Part shown: positions 7,713-18,661 of the stretch, in pieces
How the letters are laid out: each line of letters begins with the position of its first letter
How positions within the stretch are numbered: the stretch's first letter is position 1
Notes under the pieces: generated by a model
Told to the model about the DNA's origin: nothing
Databases searched by the model: none
The model's input: only the letters and a program-made list of their open reading frames with translations
Position numbers and translations under genes: made by a program
From: an uncultured Parachlamydiaceae bacterium
Lineage (GTDB): Bacteria > Chlamydiota > Chlamydiia > Chlamydiales > Parachlamydiaceae
Direction of reading: 5' to 3'
Length of the DNA: 64,000 bases
NCBI GenBank assembly: GCA_963742415.1
Contig: CAVULX010000003.1
Span: 352,001 to 416,000 of the forward strand

Positions 7713-10700
7713 TTAGGCTCCAAAAATCCAATAAAATCACCATTTCTAGAAAATCTTACACCTCGTTGATTTGGAATTTCTATATCAATAACCTCTCCTA
7801 GTGATCTATGTGTCCAGTAAGAAACTTTAGTATCTGGATTAGTCAAAATATCGTCTAAATGATATTGGCCCTGGGCATTTTTGCTAACAATATTGCCTGT
7901 AGCCTTTGGAAAAACGCTACCAGGACGCCCTCCATGTTTATCCAGTGCTCGTCCAACTTTGGTGAGACCTCCTCGGTCCAAAACCTGACCAGCTTTGGAT
8001 AACTTATTAACACATGGCAAAGATTGTTTTGCAAGGATTTTTGTCGCACTTAATGATCCGATGTTTATCGCATGGTTTAAGCAGGGCAATTCCCCACGAA
8101 CTAAATTATTGTCAAATTGCTTCCTTAAAAGAACATTCTCAGAATATCGTTTGGTTAAATCTGGGGTAATATCTAATGCCCAATCGTAGGCATTACAGGC
8201 AAAACTAATAGGATCAACATCTTCAAAATCTAAATTATTACGACCTCCCAGACACTTATAGTCAAAATATCCAAAAATACCAAGCCGAGCATCCCTATAT
8301 GCTTCAGTAAGGCCCTTACAAGCTCTTTTCAAAAAAGATGTTTTTGGTTCATGGTGAGATTGAGAACATTCCCTTCTTTCTGATCTATCACAGCTGTCTC
8401 GATTGCGGAAATGTTCGATGATGCGGTCGGCTTCATATTCATGGAGGGCGTCGATTTCGGGGGAGAGGCCGAGCTGGTCGAAATAAGCGAGAGGGTTGTT
8501 GAGGACATAAGCATAAAGGTTGGGTCCGCCCTCTTGCGCGATGGGATCGGGGGTGATCCAGACGGAAGATGTGGGATCATAATAGCGCAAACCAAAATAG
8601 ATGAAGCCGCTTTCAGGGTCATATCGCTTGCTAGTATAGCGCCAGGGATTTAGCGAGCTATCTCGCAACTGTTGCGCAACGTCATAAATAAGCTCTTCGC
8701 CAAAGGCTGTGTAGCGATAGGTTTCGATAACAGCTCCAGAAGCATCCAGCAAGCAACTTGCATGGCCTAGATGATCATGAAGAGGAAAATAAACATTGTC
8801 ATGCAACTCCATCGCCACAGCTGGGTTTCCTCGACCGAATCCCAAAACACGCAATTCGTTAATAGCACCATCCGCCCGACATGATCCCAATTCTAGGTTG
8901 TCTACATAGAAAAAGAGGTGTTTGAACTGAAGCTGCCAGGCATCCCCTTGTTTCTTATAAAAGGTCTTGGAAAGACGTCGGTTAGCTTCATCATAGATGT
9001 AAACAACTTTAGTATTCTCACTAAAAATAGCGATCAACCTATCCAGAGCATCATACTGATACTCTACATGTCCTGAAACTACATCGGCTGTGATGCGATT
9101 GCCGTTGAGATCGTATTCATAATTTCCTTGATCGGTCTTGAGCAATTGGTTAAGAGCATTAAAGTTGTAAGAAGCTTCATCTTTTTGAATATGATTATAC
9201 AAGGAATCATTGACATACTTATGTGACACAGTTCCTGATTCTTCAATCAACTGATACAGGTCATCATAAGCATAACTATAAGCCAATTTTCCAATTGAAT
9301 CCTCGATCTCACGCACTTTCAGATGGCCTGCAAGATCTTTTTCTAAAATCTCCTCTTTCCATTGGGAAGCTTCCATCTTTCTTAAAGCCCCATCAGCCTC
9401 ATAGCTATAAGAGATCTCCCCAGCGGGATTGTGGGCTTTTAAAAGCTTCCCAATAAGATCGTACGCATCATAACAATGGTCATAGAGAAACTGCCCATCA
9501 CTCCCATAACGAACAACCTTCTTTAAATGTGCCCCTTGATACATATAGCGGATGCTTGAGCCATCCGGCAGTTGAATTTCGGTGCGCCTATTTTGCAAAT
9601 CATAAGCAAACCTTAATTCCAGACCATTGGCTTGCATCTCTTTGACAACCCTTCCTAAAGGATCATACTCTTTTTGCGTTGCGGTCTGTGAAAAGCTTTC
9701 ATGGACTGAAAGGATGTTGCCATTCGGTTAGATGGCAGCAGTTCCCATTGAGATCATAGCTATAGGCACTTTTTTTAGTGATTTGCCCATATGCATTTTT
9801 ATAAACTTCTTCCGTCTGTCTCCCTAAAGCATCATAAATTTCAAGGATGCTATTGCCATTGGGGTCGATGGTTTCTTTTGAAGGGATGGCATAGTCATAG
9901 CGGATATAAGTTACCCTTCCCATCGGGTCGGTCATCTGAACCGGCTCGTTGCGGAAGTTATAGACTGTGGAGCTGACCGCAGCTCCCTCTTCGCGAAGTT
10001 GCACCGTTTGGATTTTATTGCCTGCTTCGTCGTAGACATAGCTTGTTTGACTGTAAACAATCTCTGCTTGATCTTGGACCTTTTCTTCTACAACTTTTCC
10101 TAAGAAATCATACTGGAAATGGGTGGCTAAATAATCCGTAGCGGACGAGTATTGACGCGTTTCGGCGATGAACCCTTGCCGATCGTAAAAATGCTCTGTC
10201 CATTGCCCCTCTTTGTCTGTTCTAATGAGGCGTCCAGCTCCATCGTAGGAATAATAGGTAGTGATCCCTTCCGGATCTGTTTCGCTAGTCAGATGGAACG
10301 GATTGTAGGTGCGGCTTTCCACCGTGAGCAGTTCACCTGCGGGGGAGTAGGTCTCTTTTTTGAGCAAGCGGGCAAGATAATCGTAGTTATACAAGGTATA
10401 GATGCCATTGGCTGCGACCGATTTGCTTAGCTGCCCTTTGACCGTATATTCGAACCGCTCTTGTGTGCCATCGGGGTGGCAGACATAATAAGGCTTTCCC
10501 AGAATTGTAGAGCGGGTGGTTGCCGTATGGCCGCAAGGATCTGTCACCGAAGTGACATGCCCCAAGGGGTCGTATGTTTTAGACGCCACCGCTGTGACAC
10601 ATTTCCCCTTTTCGTTGAGAACTTCAGGAAAAATCGTTTGAACCACTCGATTGAAATCATCGTACACAAAGTGGGTGGTCTTACCGTGAATATCTGTTGT

Positions 10701-12857
10701 CGACGTGCGGTTACCAAGGAGATCATAAGTGTGAGTGGTTGTCAGCCTTTGGGAGCCCTTCTCTTCCCGGATGAGGCGGTTCATGTAATCGTAGGCATAT
10801 GTGCGGATCATCTCAGGACGCGGGCCCTGTTCACGAATCGTATTGCCGTTGCCGTCATAACTGCGCAGGATTTTGTGTCCTAAGGCGTTAGTCTCTTCGA
10901 GAAGATGCCCCATAGCGTCATACACCCAAGTCAAGGTATAGAGTTCTTGCCATTGGCCATCGTAATGGATCTGACGGATCAAATGCCCTTGATCATCGTA
11001 GGTGTTGACCAATCCCTTTAGAAGACGCTCTTTACCTGTTGCCAAGTTGAGGTATTTTTCTCTGACCTCGCAAGGCAAGCCTACAGGAAAAGTCGAAGTA
11101 TTTTTTATCCTGCGGATTTTTCTCTCAGTAACCCCTGTCAGATTGTCTCTATCTAAGGTGGTGCCATCATCGCTGATTTCCAGGGTCACGGCTCCATTTT
11201 CATCGTAAGAGAAAAATTCCCGCATGCGGATATTTCCCACATCCATCGTATAACGGGCTTCAAGCAGATCGGTGCCCTCGATATAACTGTATTTGAAATT
11301 ATGGGGTTTGTCGGGGCTGTTCTCATAACGGACAAGATTTCTGTCGTCATTGGTGTATAGACGGCCGATGTAAAGGTGATCGCCCCCATTTTCGATCCCT
11401 TTCCCTTGTGGATCTAAAGCCACAGCCGGCTGTTCTTTTCCCGTGAGATTGCCGTAGAGATGTTCATGTAAAACATTTCCCCGGTCATCATATGCATAAT
11501 TGCGGCAAAAGAGGTTGCTTCCTTTGGAAGCAAAAACTTTGGACATGAGGTTGCCGCAATCGGGAGTGCCGGGTTCACCCCAGACGAACCGCTCCTCAGC
11601 ATAAGAAACACGGGGAGAGGTGCCTGCAAAATGTTCAATCTTGGTCAGCCGTTCCCGAGAGCTATAGTGGTAGATTTTGCATCGATCGTAGGCATCATAG
11701 ACTTCGGTGCGCATCGAAGATAGGTCATACAAAAAGCGGTAGATCGGAATCGGCGCCCCATCGGTGCCTGCCGGGGCTCTGAGCTGCATGACACGACCTA
11801 CAACATCCCCTTGAGCGTGGGTGATAGCGTTGGGCCAGACCCGGTTTCCCCCTTCGCTGAAGTAACCGATCTCCAAGCAGCGCCCTTCGGGAAGATCCTT
11901 GCGGATCATTTTTCGGCGCCCAGGATGATGGGTGCGGATGGAGGCATAGGTGTAAGACTCTTCAGGAGATTGCGTTCTCTTTGCTCTGGTCAGGATCCAA
12001 TGAGTGCCTTTTTCCCATGTGTAAGAGAAATCCTCGCCCCAAGATTCATATTTCACAGGGCGATACTCCAGCTGAGCTAGCTGCTTGTCATTTTGCAGCA
12101 CAGAAAAGATGCCGACATGGTCAGCCCCTTTGGTTAGCACGAACTGGAGCTGATTTATGACTTTGCCTTGGCTATTTAAAGCCTGAATCTGATCGAAGTA
12201 ACTGTAGTTAAAGTTTTTGTATGAATCATCCTTAAAAGTGTAGGTCAATTGATTCCGGTTGGGCTTTACCGTCTTTTTGATGTAGCGGGTAGAATGGCTG
12301 TTAGAGGGAGTGGAAAAATAGTGTGCTGTCCCTGTGCCCTCTTTAGCAATGGTCTCTCTTTTTGCAATCGCGAGCCGCTTGTTTTTAAGGTGGTAGCGGC
12401 CGCTCATCACCCCTCTTGGGGTATTGGTGACCCCATTATGGAGAGCTTCCGACTTGACGCCGAGAAAGGCGTTGCCCCGATAGTGATCCCCTTCAAAAGG
12501 AAATTCGGCCCCAAAAGCATCCCGCTAGACGATGGTGATGGGATTTCCGCCACTCCCTTCTCCGTATAGGCTGATGTCGTGGTTAAAGCTCCAGGCTGTA
12601 AAGAAAGTTCTATTTCGCTCATCGGAGCTGCAGTAGAAACGTTGCAGGGTTAAAGGCTCGATGCCAGGCAGTACTACATCGGTTTGCATGTCGACGTAGT
12701 CGCCGGTGATCACATTGACGGAATGGTAGACCAGACTGTTTGGATCCCCTTCCAAGCTTGTCAGGGCATTTTCAGCGCCGAAGAGGGTTCTGTCGTCGTT
12801 TTGGCTAAAAGCTAAGGCATGGATAAACAGAAGGGCAAGTAGACAAATCGGTTTCAT
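7709..12857 (-). pseudogene. Rhs/YD-repeat polymorphic toxin, split into three ORFs (12525-12857, 9699-12410, 7709-9637)
   Basis: Signal peptide and a VNVITGDY N-terminal domain, many YD repeats, core motifs RYYDP...W..PDP and NLYAYVLNNP, then a divergent C-terminus. In-frame TAG at 12525-12527 and a frame change near 9725. Confidence 0.85.
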
Positions 12858-12901
12858 GTGTATTTTCCCATTTGGATAGTTTCGTTATGCAAATGGGCAG
12901 G

Positions 12902-12930
12902 ATGTTAGCGGAAAAGGGTCTCTAAAGCAA
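12902..12930 (-). promoter_or_regulatory. Putative sigma66 promoter of the Rhs gene
   Basis: TTGCTT-N17-TAACAT on the minus strand, about 45 bp before the ATG. Confidence 0.45.
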
Positions 12931-12976
12931 GATATTTTTAAAAAAAATAAAGACCTGCAATGATACTCAGATAGAT

Positions 12977-13801
12977 TTAGACTAATAGCAGGCTAAGAAT
13001 ATAGGCAATTCCCGCGACTAGGGCGATCGTTGCTCCGCCGGGCCAATCTAAATAATAGGCTGAAGCGGTTCCAATAAAACAAAAAATACAACTCAGCACA
13101 ACCGCAATTAACATAATGCGGGAAAGACGGGAGGTAAAAACGTTGGCGATAGCTGCAGGGATTGTCAACATGGTCATCACCAATAATATTCCAACCACCT
13201 GAATCAACAAAACAATCGATACTGCTGTAAGAACTAATAACAATAAATAAAGCGCATTAACAGGAACCCCTTGCAAATGAGCTTGCTCCTCATCAAAACA
13301 GATCGCTAAAAACCTCTTATGCAAACAAGCCACCGTGCCTAAAATAAAAAGATCTAAACCAAACAGAATCGATAAATCTGTAGGAGTAACCCACAAGATG
13401 TTGCCCACTAAAAAGTTCGTCAATTCCACGTTATATCCAGGAGTTTGAGAAATAAATAGCACCCCGATTGCCATTCCAATCGCCCAAAGGGCTGCGATGA
13501 CGGAATCTTCCCTTTGGCTATAATATAAGTGGATCCACCCGATAATTAAAGCCGATAAGACACCTGCTATGAGAGCTCCGTAAAGAGGATTCATCCAATC
13601 CACCCCTTTAGCACGCTCCAACCATAAACAGATGCCGATGCCGCTAAGGACAGAATGGGAAATGCTGCCGCTAATGAAGCCGATCCTTTTCACGACCACA
13701 TAAGAACCTATGATACCGCTCACAACGGAGGCTGCAAGGCCGGCAATAACGGCTGCTAGGAGAAGAGGGTTGGTGCGGAGGGCTTCAAAAAATGAGATCA
13801 T
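12977..13801 (-). CDS. znuB: Zn/Mn ABC transporter permease
   Basis: ISHSVLSG, FDEEQA..QGV and VVGILLV motifs of ABC-3 permeases. Confidence 0.9.
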   Translation of the reverse strand: MISFFEALRTNPLLLAAVIAGLAASVVSGIIGSYVVVKRIGFISGSISHSVLSGIGICLWLERAKGVDWMNPLYGALIAGVLSALIIGWIHLYYSQREDSVIAALWAIGMAIGVLFISQTPGYNVELTNFLVGNILWVTPTDLSILFGLDLFILGTVACLHKRFLAICFDEEQAHLQGVPVNALYLLLLVLTAVSIVLLIQVVGILLVMTMLTIPAAIANVFTSRLSRIMLIAVVLSCIFCFIGTASAYYLDWPGGATIALVAGIAYILSLLLV

Positions 13802-14553
13802 CGTGGGAACGTTTTACCGTGTTTGTTAATTCCAATCTGCAAGGGGATATGATAAAGGCCAAGCGCAAAATGTTCGCATATCTCTTGAGGGAACAAGGAG
13901 ATGACCCCGCCTTGAACGCATAAAACCCTTTCCATCATATCGATCGCCACATTTAAATCATGGGTAACCATCATGATCGTCATCTTGCCATGCAACTCTT
14001 TCAATATCCGAAATATATCGGCGACAGCCTGCGGATCAACGCTAGCTGTAGGCTCATCGAGAAGCAATAATTTGGGATTGGATACCAAAGCCCTCGCAAT
14101 GAGGGCCCGCTGAGCTTGACCACCTGACAAATTTCCAAAAGCATGGTTTTGAAAGGCACGCATCCCCACCTGATCTAAAGCATCATATGCAGCTTGATAA
14201 TCCTCGCGGCTGTAGACCCCGTACCAGGGGAGCCTTGAAAGACGCCCTGACAAGACCAATTCCAAAACCGAAATGGGAAACTGCCTATCGTAATGCAAAT
14301 TTTGAGGAACATAGGCAATCTGGCCTTGGGAGATGGAAGGGGGTTTTCCAAAAACCATCAAACTCCCTTTTTGGGGCCGGATAAATCCCATGATCAGTTT
14401 CAATAAAGTTGTTTTTCCCCCGCCGTTAGGACCGATAAGGCCGATGAGTTCGCCTGGATTAACCTGAAAAGAGACATCCCTCAGGACAGGTTCATCCTGA
14501 TAGGCAAAATAAACATGTTCAAACGTAATAATGGGGGGCCCTTGAGTTGTCAT
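13798..14553 (-). CDS. znuC: Zn/Mn ABC transporter ATP-binding protein
   Basis: GPNGGGKTT, LSGGQ and LLLLDEP motifs. Confidence 0.92.
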   Translation of the reverse strand: MTTQGPPIITFEHVYFAYQDEPVLRDVSFQVNPGELIGLIGPNGGGKTTLLKLIMGFIRPQKGSLMVFGKPPSISQGQIAYVPQNLHYDRQFPISVLELVLSGRLSRLPWYGVYSREDYQAAYDALDQVGMRAFQNHAFGNLSGGQAQRALIARALVSNPKLLLLDEPTASVDPQAVADIFRILKELHGKMTIMMVTHDLNVAIDMMERVLCVQGGVISLFPQEICEHFALGLYHIPLQIGINKHGKTFPR

Positions 14554-14562
14554 AAATATGAG

Positions 14563-15447
14563 TTATTCATCCTGTTCCGCAAACTGATGGGCAATCTCCC
14601 GCATGCTATCGAAATAATGCTCGGAATAGGGATCAAGATTGACCACCTTCCCTCCTATCTCATCGGCAATCAAGCGAGCCCCTTTGTTATTATACTGGAT
14701 TTGAGTAAAAATCGTTTTGATATTGTTTTTGCGCGCATCATCAAGAATGCGGGTCAATTGCCGCGGGGTTGGATCTTTCCCCTCGAATTCAATGGAAATT
14801 TGCTTCAAATCGTAATCCCGGCAAAAGTAAGCGTACGCGGGATGGGAGACCATAATCACCCGTTTGTTCAGGGGTTTTAAAGTAGAGGAAATTTCTTGAT
14901 CTAATTCATCGAGTTCTTTGAGGAGGGTTTGGAGATTTTTTTCATACATAACCCGGTTTTCAGGATAAAGAGAAGATAAGGCTAGAGCTATCGTTTTGGC
15001 TTGAATTTTGGCTTGGCGCGGACTCAGCCAGATATGGAGATCTTGACAATGGGGATGAGAACATCTAGGGGAATGGCCAGCCCCTGAATCTTCTGTGATG
15101 AGTTTAACTCCCTCTTTTAAGTTAACTAGCTGCAGGCTTGGATGATGGCTTTGAATCGCTCTGACAGCCCGAGCTTCGAAAGATTCCCCGATGGTGAACC
15201 AGAGATCGGCTTTACTTGCTGCGAGCATCTCTCTAGGGGTGGGTTCATAGGTGTGGGCGCTGGCTCCTGCAGGCACCATCAATCCAACTTTGACTGTGTC
15301 TCCAGCGATTTTTTCCACAAAAAATTTATAAGGGGCCACACTCACCAGCACATAATGTGATAATGGAGGAGGAGTTTCTTCTCCAGCAAGAGGTAATGCT
15401 CCGCAAATCAGCAAAAAATAAAAAAAAAGGGATCGATAACTTATCAT
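14563..15447 (-). CDS. znuA: Zn/Mn ABC transporter substrate-binding protein
   Basis: Signal peptide, HTYEP, His-rich loop, DLHIWLSP, HPAYAYF. Confidence 0.9.
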   Translation of the reverse strand: MISYRSLFFYFLLICGALPLAGEETPPPLSHYVLVSVAPYKFFVEKIAGDTVKVGLMVPAGASAHTYEPTPREMLAASKADLWFTIGESFEARAVRAIQSHHPSLQLVNLKEGVKLITEDSGAGHSPRCSHPHCQDLHIWLSPRQAKIQAKTIALALSSLYPENRVMYEKNLQTLLKELDELDQEISSTLKPLNKRVIMVSHPAYAYFCRDYDLKQISIEFEGKDPTPRQLTRILDDARKNNIKTIFTQIQYNNKGARLIADEIGGKVVNLDPYSEHYFDSMREIAHQFAEQDE

Positions 15448-15609
15448 TTCTTAGAAATAAAACGGCTATTTTAAGGTATAACCATCATGATGGAACGGGT
15501 TTTTTTTTTCAATGGTTGTCCCCTTGCATTTCGGTTTTTCACCACATGCTTTACACTTTTCTTTATTCATTTTATTTTCTAAATTCAATTAATGAAATAG
15601 GAGTTTAAT

Positions 15610-16545
15610 ATGTTACATATTATAGATCTTTATCCAGAAATATCGAAATGGTCAACATCAACAGATTTATCATTAGAGAAGATCAGCGAAACCGATAAAC
15701 TAATTGGAATAATTCTTGAGAATCAGAAGCCAAATTGGTCTGATTTAAGGAAAATTCAAGTAAGTTTACAAAATTGCTTAAAATCTGAACAACGATCATC
15801 AACCGAAAACGAGAAAATAAATCAAATATTAAAAAAAATATTTAACATATACGAAAAGAAAGCGCAGACAGGAGAATCCTTATATCAATTAGGTTATATG
15901 TGTGATGAGGGATATGGCGTTACCCAAGATTATGCAAAAGCGATGGAGTGGTATCAAAAAGCTGCTGATCAAGGTAATACTTATGCAATGCTCGATATCG
16001 GATTCTTTTATTACAATGGCCACGGGGTGGAACAGTATTACGCGAAAGCGATGGAATGGTATCGAAAAGCTGCTGATAAAGGTAATGACTATGCTACGTA
16101 TAATATCGGAGTGTTGTATGAAAATGGCCAAGGGGTTGAGCAAGATTATTCGAAAGCGATGGAGTGGTATCGAAAAGCTGCTGATCGAGGTAATGTCTAT
16201 GCTATGAATAATATCGGAATTTTGTATGAAAATGGCCAAGGGGTTGAGCAAGATTATTCGAAAGCAATGGAATGGTATCAAAAAGCTGCTGATCGAAGCC
16301 ACGCCACTGCTATGCATAATATCGGAATTTTGTATGAAAATGGCCAGGGGGTGAATCAGGATTATTCGAAAGCGATGGAATGGTATCAAAAAGCTGCTGA
16401 AAATGAGCATATTCAAGCTATGTATAAACTTGGGAATATGTTTTCTCGTGGAATCGGAACGAAACAAAGCGAAATAGATGCAGCAGAATGGTACCGTAAG
16501 GCCGCTGAAAATGGTAGTCGTAAATTGCAACGAAGAAGTCTTTAA
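15610..16545 (+). CDS. Sel1-like repeat protein
   Basis: About six 36-aa repeats (NIGILYENGQGVEQDYSKAMEWYxKAA), also visible as 108-bp DNA repeats; AGGAG RBS. Confidence 0.93.
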   Translation: MLHIIDLYPEISKWSTSTDLSLEKISETDKLIGIILENQKPNWSDLRKIQVSLQNCLKSEQRSSTENEKINQILKKIFNIYEKKAQTGESLYQLGYMCDEGYGVTQDYAKAMEWYQKAADQGNTYAMLDIGFFYYNGHGVEQYYAKAMEWYRKAADKGNDYATYNIGVLYENGQGVEQDYSKAMEWYRKAADRGNVYAMNNIGILYENGQGVEQDYSKAMEWYQKAADRSHATAMHNIGILYENGQGVNQDYSKAMEWYQKAAENEHIQAMYKLGNMFSRGIGTKQSEIDAAEWYRKAAENGSRKLQRRSL

Positions 16546-16677
16546 AAACCCTACAGAGGGTTCTGAGAAATATGATAAAGATATGCAAGATCAGCCAAGA
16601 TAAGTGGGATAGATTTTATTTTGGAAAACTTAGATTCCTCTACTTCCTTATCTTATTACACTAGCTATCAGTTTTTC

Positions 16678-16706
16678 TTGCCCTTTAAAACGAAAATGTC
16701 TATGAT
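16678..16706 (+). promoter_or_regulatory. Putative sigma66 promoter for tRNA-Ser(GGA)
   Basis: TTGCCC-N17-TATGAT. Confidence 0.55.
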
Positions 16707-16738
16707 TTTGCCCTTGACGGCTCTGTCAAATTCGCTAG

Positions 16739-16826
16739 GGAAGAGTGTCCGAGTGGCTTAAGGAGCACGCTTGGAAAGCGTGTGTACGCTAAACACGTAC
16801 CGTGGGTTCGAATCCCACCTCTTCCG
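16739..16826 (+). tRNA. tRNA-Ser (anticodon GGA)
   Basis: GGAAGAG/CTCTTCC acceptor stem, CACGC-TTGGAAA-GCGTG anticodon arm, long variable arm, GGTTCGAATCC. Confidence 0.96.
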
Positions 16827-16954
16827 ATTTTCCCACCACCTTACACTATCGGAATAATGTAACGGGCCCCAGCACCCTCTTCCACGCAAAGTGAAAATTG
16901 TGTCAATTGGTTCATTGATTCAATTAATTGGTTCATTTTTTCATTTGTGAATCA

Positions 16955-18049
16955 TCAATTAAACAATTTATGATATTCAGCTGATAACTTATATTTTCGT
17001 CCTTTATTTGATGGATTAACTATAGTTAAGAAGCCACTTTCAACCCAACTTGCACAGAGGGCTGCACTTGTACGTGGTTTAAATCCGAATAATTCGCCGA
17101 TTTGCCGGCTAGTAATTATTTCAAATTCTTGGAATAATCCAAGTGCTTTGCGTTGTTTGGGATCAAGTTTCCTAATTAGAGCGCTTTGATCTGGTGAATC
17201 TTGAGCTTTAGCTTCATCCATGCGTTTCAAAACATTTTCAAATGAAACAGTCATCCCATCCACAAAATATTCAACCCATTTTGTGATATCTGCTTCCGCG
17301 CGACCCATATAATAATTATGAGATTCTCCGACACTAATTGCTTCGTAGTAAGCACCTAGATTCCTAGCATAATATTCTTCTAAAGAATAGAGTCCTTTTA
17401 GATCATACCCCCCTAAATGTAGAATCAAAGTGGTGAGTAATCTAGCCGTTCTACCGTTACCATCATAATAAGGGTGAATGGTTGCAAACTGATAGTGGGC
17501 AATTCCTGCAATAATAGGACAAGGTAGTAACTCAGCATTTTTATTAATCCAAGCTACCATACCGGTCATCAAACTTTTCACGTCTTTAGCCTCGGGAGGC
17601 ATATAGACGATTACTTTTGTTCTACTATCTCGAATAACATTTTGACCATCCCTATATGCAGTTGGTTTAGCATTTTTTTTGCCATTAGCCATAACAAGTG
17701 CGTGAAGCGTCTGAATCATTTTGTCAGTGATGTTGGCACCGTGTGCTGCCCATTTTTCTACTTGAGTTAATGCAGCATAATAGCCTTTTACTTCATGCTC
17801 ATCCCGTTCACGCCCTGGAAAGTGGCCTTGATGTTTTAAAACTACTTCAACTTGATCTGGATCAAGCCTATTTCCTTCAATCATTGTGGAATAATGGGTG
17901 GTATAAAGACGTGCTGTTTCTCTTAAAGAACTAAGAACTGTTGGCGTTAAAGGTAAGTGCAATATTTTTTGTTTTGCTGCCTCAATGCGAATCAGACAAT
18001 TCATGGTTTTTGATGAAATGGCATAATTTGGCGTAAAATTTATCGGCAT
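16955..18049 (-). CDS. Fic family protein (AMPylase) with C-terminal HTH
   Basis: Fic motif HPYYDGNGRTAR, inhibitory motif STMIEGN, winged-helix-like tail. Confidence 0.93.
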   Translation of the reverse strand: MPINFTPNYAISSKTMNCLIRIEAAKQKILHLPLTPTVLSSLRETARLYTTHYSTMIEGNRLDPDQVEVVLKHQGHFPGRERDEHEVKGYYAALTQVEKWAAHGANITDKMIQTLHALVMANGKKNAKPTAYRDGQNVIRDSRTKVIVYMPPEAKDVKSLMTGMVAWINKNAELLPCPIIAGIAHYQFATIHPYYDGNGRTARLLTTLILHLGGYDLKGLYSLEEYYARNLGAYYEAISVGESHNYYMGRAEADITKWVEYFVDGMTVSFENVLKRMDEAKAQDSPDQSALIRKLDPKQRKALGLFQEFEIITSRQIGELFGFKPRTSAALCASWVESGFLTIVNPSNKGRKYKLSAEYHKLFN

Positions 18050-18060
18050 ATTAATGGCTC

Positions 18061-18109
18061 TTTATCTGCATTAGCTAAATCTAAATTATGCAGATAAAAT
18101 GCAGATAAA
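18061..18109. promoter_or_regulatory. ATGCAGATAAA motif x3 (one inverted) upstream of fic
   Basis: TTTATCTGCAT at 18061-18071; ATGCAGATAAA at 18088-18098 and 18099-18109. Confidence 0.55.
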
Positions 18110-18170
18110 ACAATATTTTCTTTATCATCAAGAGACGAACATTTAAGAAATAATTCACAAATTCTCCAAT

Positions 18171-18320
18171 ACCCAACAAAAAATCTGCTCGTGATAAAGC
18201 GCTTACTATTTTATTATTCCACTTGAATATAGGTGGCAAGGGATTTGTTATAAACGCTTTATATCCACTAGGAAATTTTATAATTTTTCCCGCAGGCGAT
18301 TATATTATGTCCATACTCAT
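18171..18320 (-). pseudogene. N-terminal remnant of a second Fic-family gene
   Basis: Translates MSMDII*SPAGKIIKFPSGYKAFITNPLPPIFKWNNKIVSALSRADFLLG, a Fic N-terminus-like GYKAF.P.PLPP...ALSRAD..LG pattern. It has an internal stop, is truncated, and has an AAGGA RBS. Confidence 0.65.
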
Positions 18321-18345
18321 TCCTTTTTGGCTATGATCACAGACT

Positions 18346-18478
18346 AAACCTTTGTTATTATCGAAAATGTCAATTTTCGATAATAACAAAGGTTTCTGTC
18401 ATCACCTACGAGAATAAGGCTGGCTATTATTCTCGAATTCTTTCCTTGTCGATAATAACGCCCAATCTGCTAGGCGTT
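18346..18478. repeat. Multi-hairpin palindromic element (MITE/REP-like)
   Basis: Perfect 23-bp arms (18346-18368/18373-18395), further hairpins at 18409-18435 and 18457-18478, and another TCGATAATAAC copy at 18449. Confidence 0.7.
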
Positions 18479-18661
18479 CTTACTATCCGCGAAGACGAAA
18501 CCGCAAGATTGAGAGACATACGCCGGATTGATTGACCTGCTGAAATAACCTTAGTGTCATGAAAAAAGAGAAATCAAAAGACTTAATGAATGTAAATACT
18601 ATCGAAAAAGGCCATCCGACGGTTTTCATTTGGATCTTTAGTGGCCATTTTAATGAGGCGA

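Noticed and set aside
12525-12527. Programmed amber readthrough or recoding in Rhs
   Set aside because: TAG terminates other genes here normally, and the same gene carries a second, frameshifting lesion, so decay or assembly error is simpler.
15470-15495. Possible Zur box / CCATCATGATGG palindrome upstream of znuA
   Set aside because: Poor match to known Zur consensus; cannot be supported without comparative data.
15870-16400. Near-identical 108-bp DNA repeats resembling an array
   Set aside because: They are in-frame Sel1 coding repeats with no unique spacers, so not CRISPR.
15889-16530. 213-aa antisense ORF
   Set aside because: Shadow of the repetitive Sel1 gene.
16866-16885. Possible att-site duplication of the tRNA-Ser 3' end (CCTCTTCC)
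   Set aside because: Only about 8 bp match and there is no integrase in the window.
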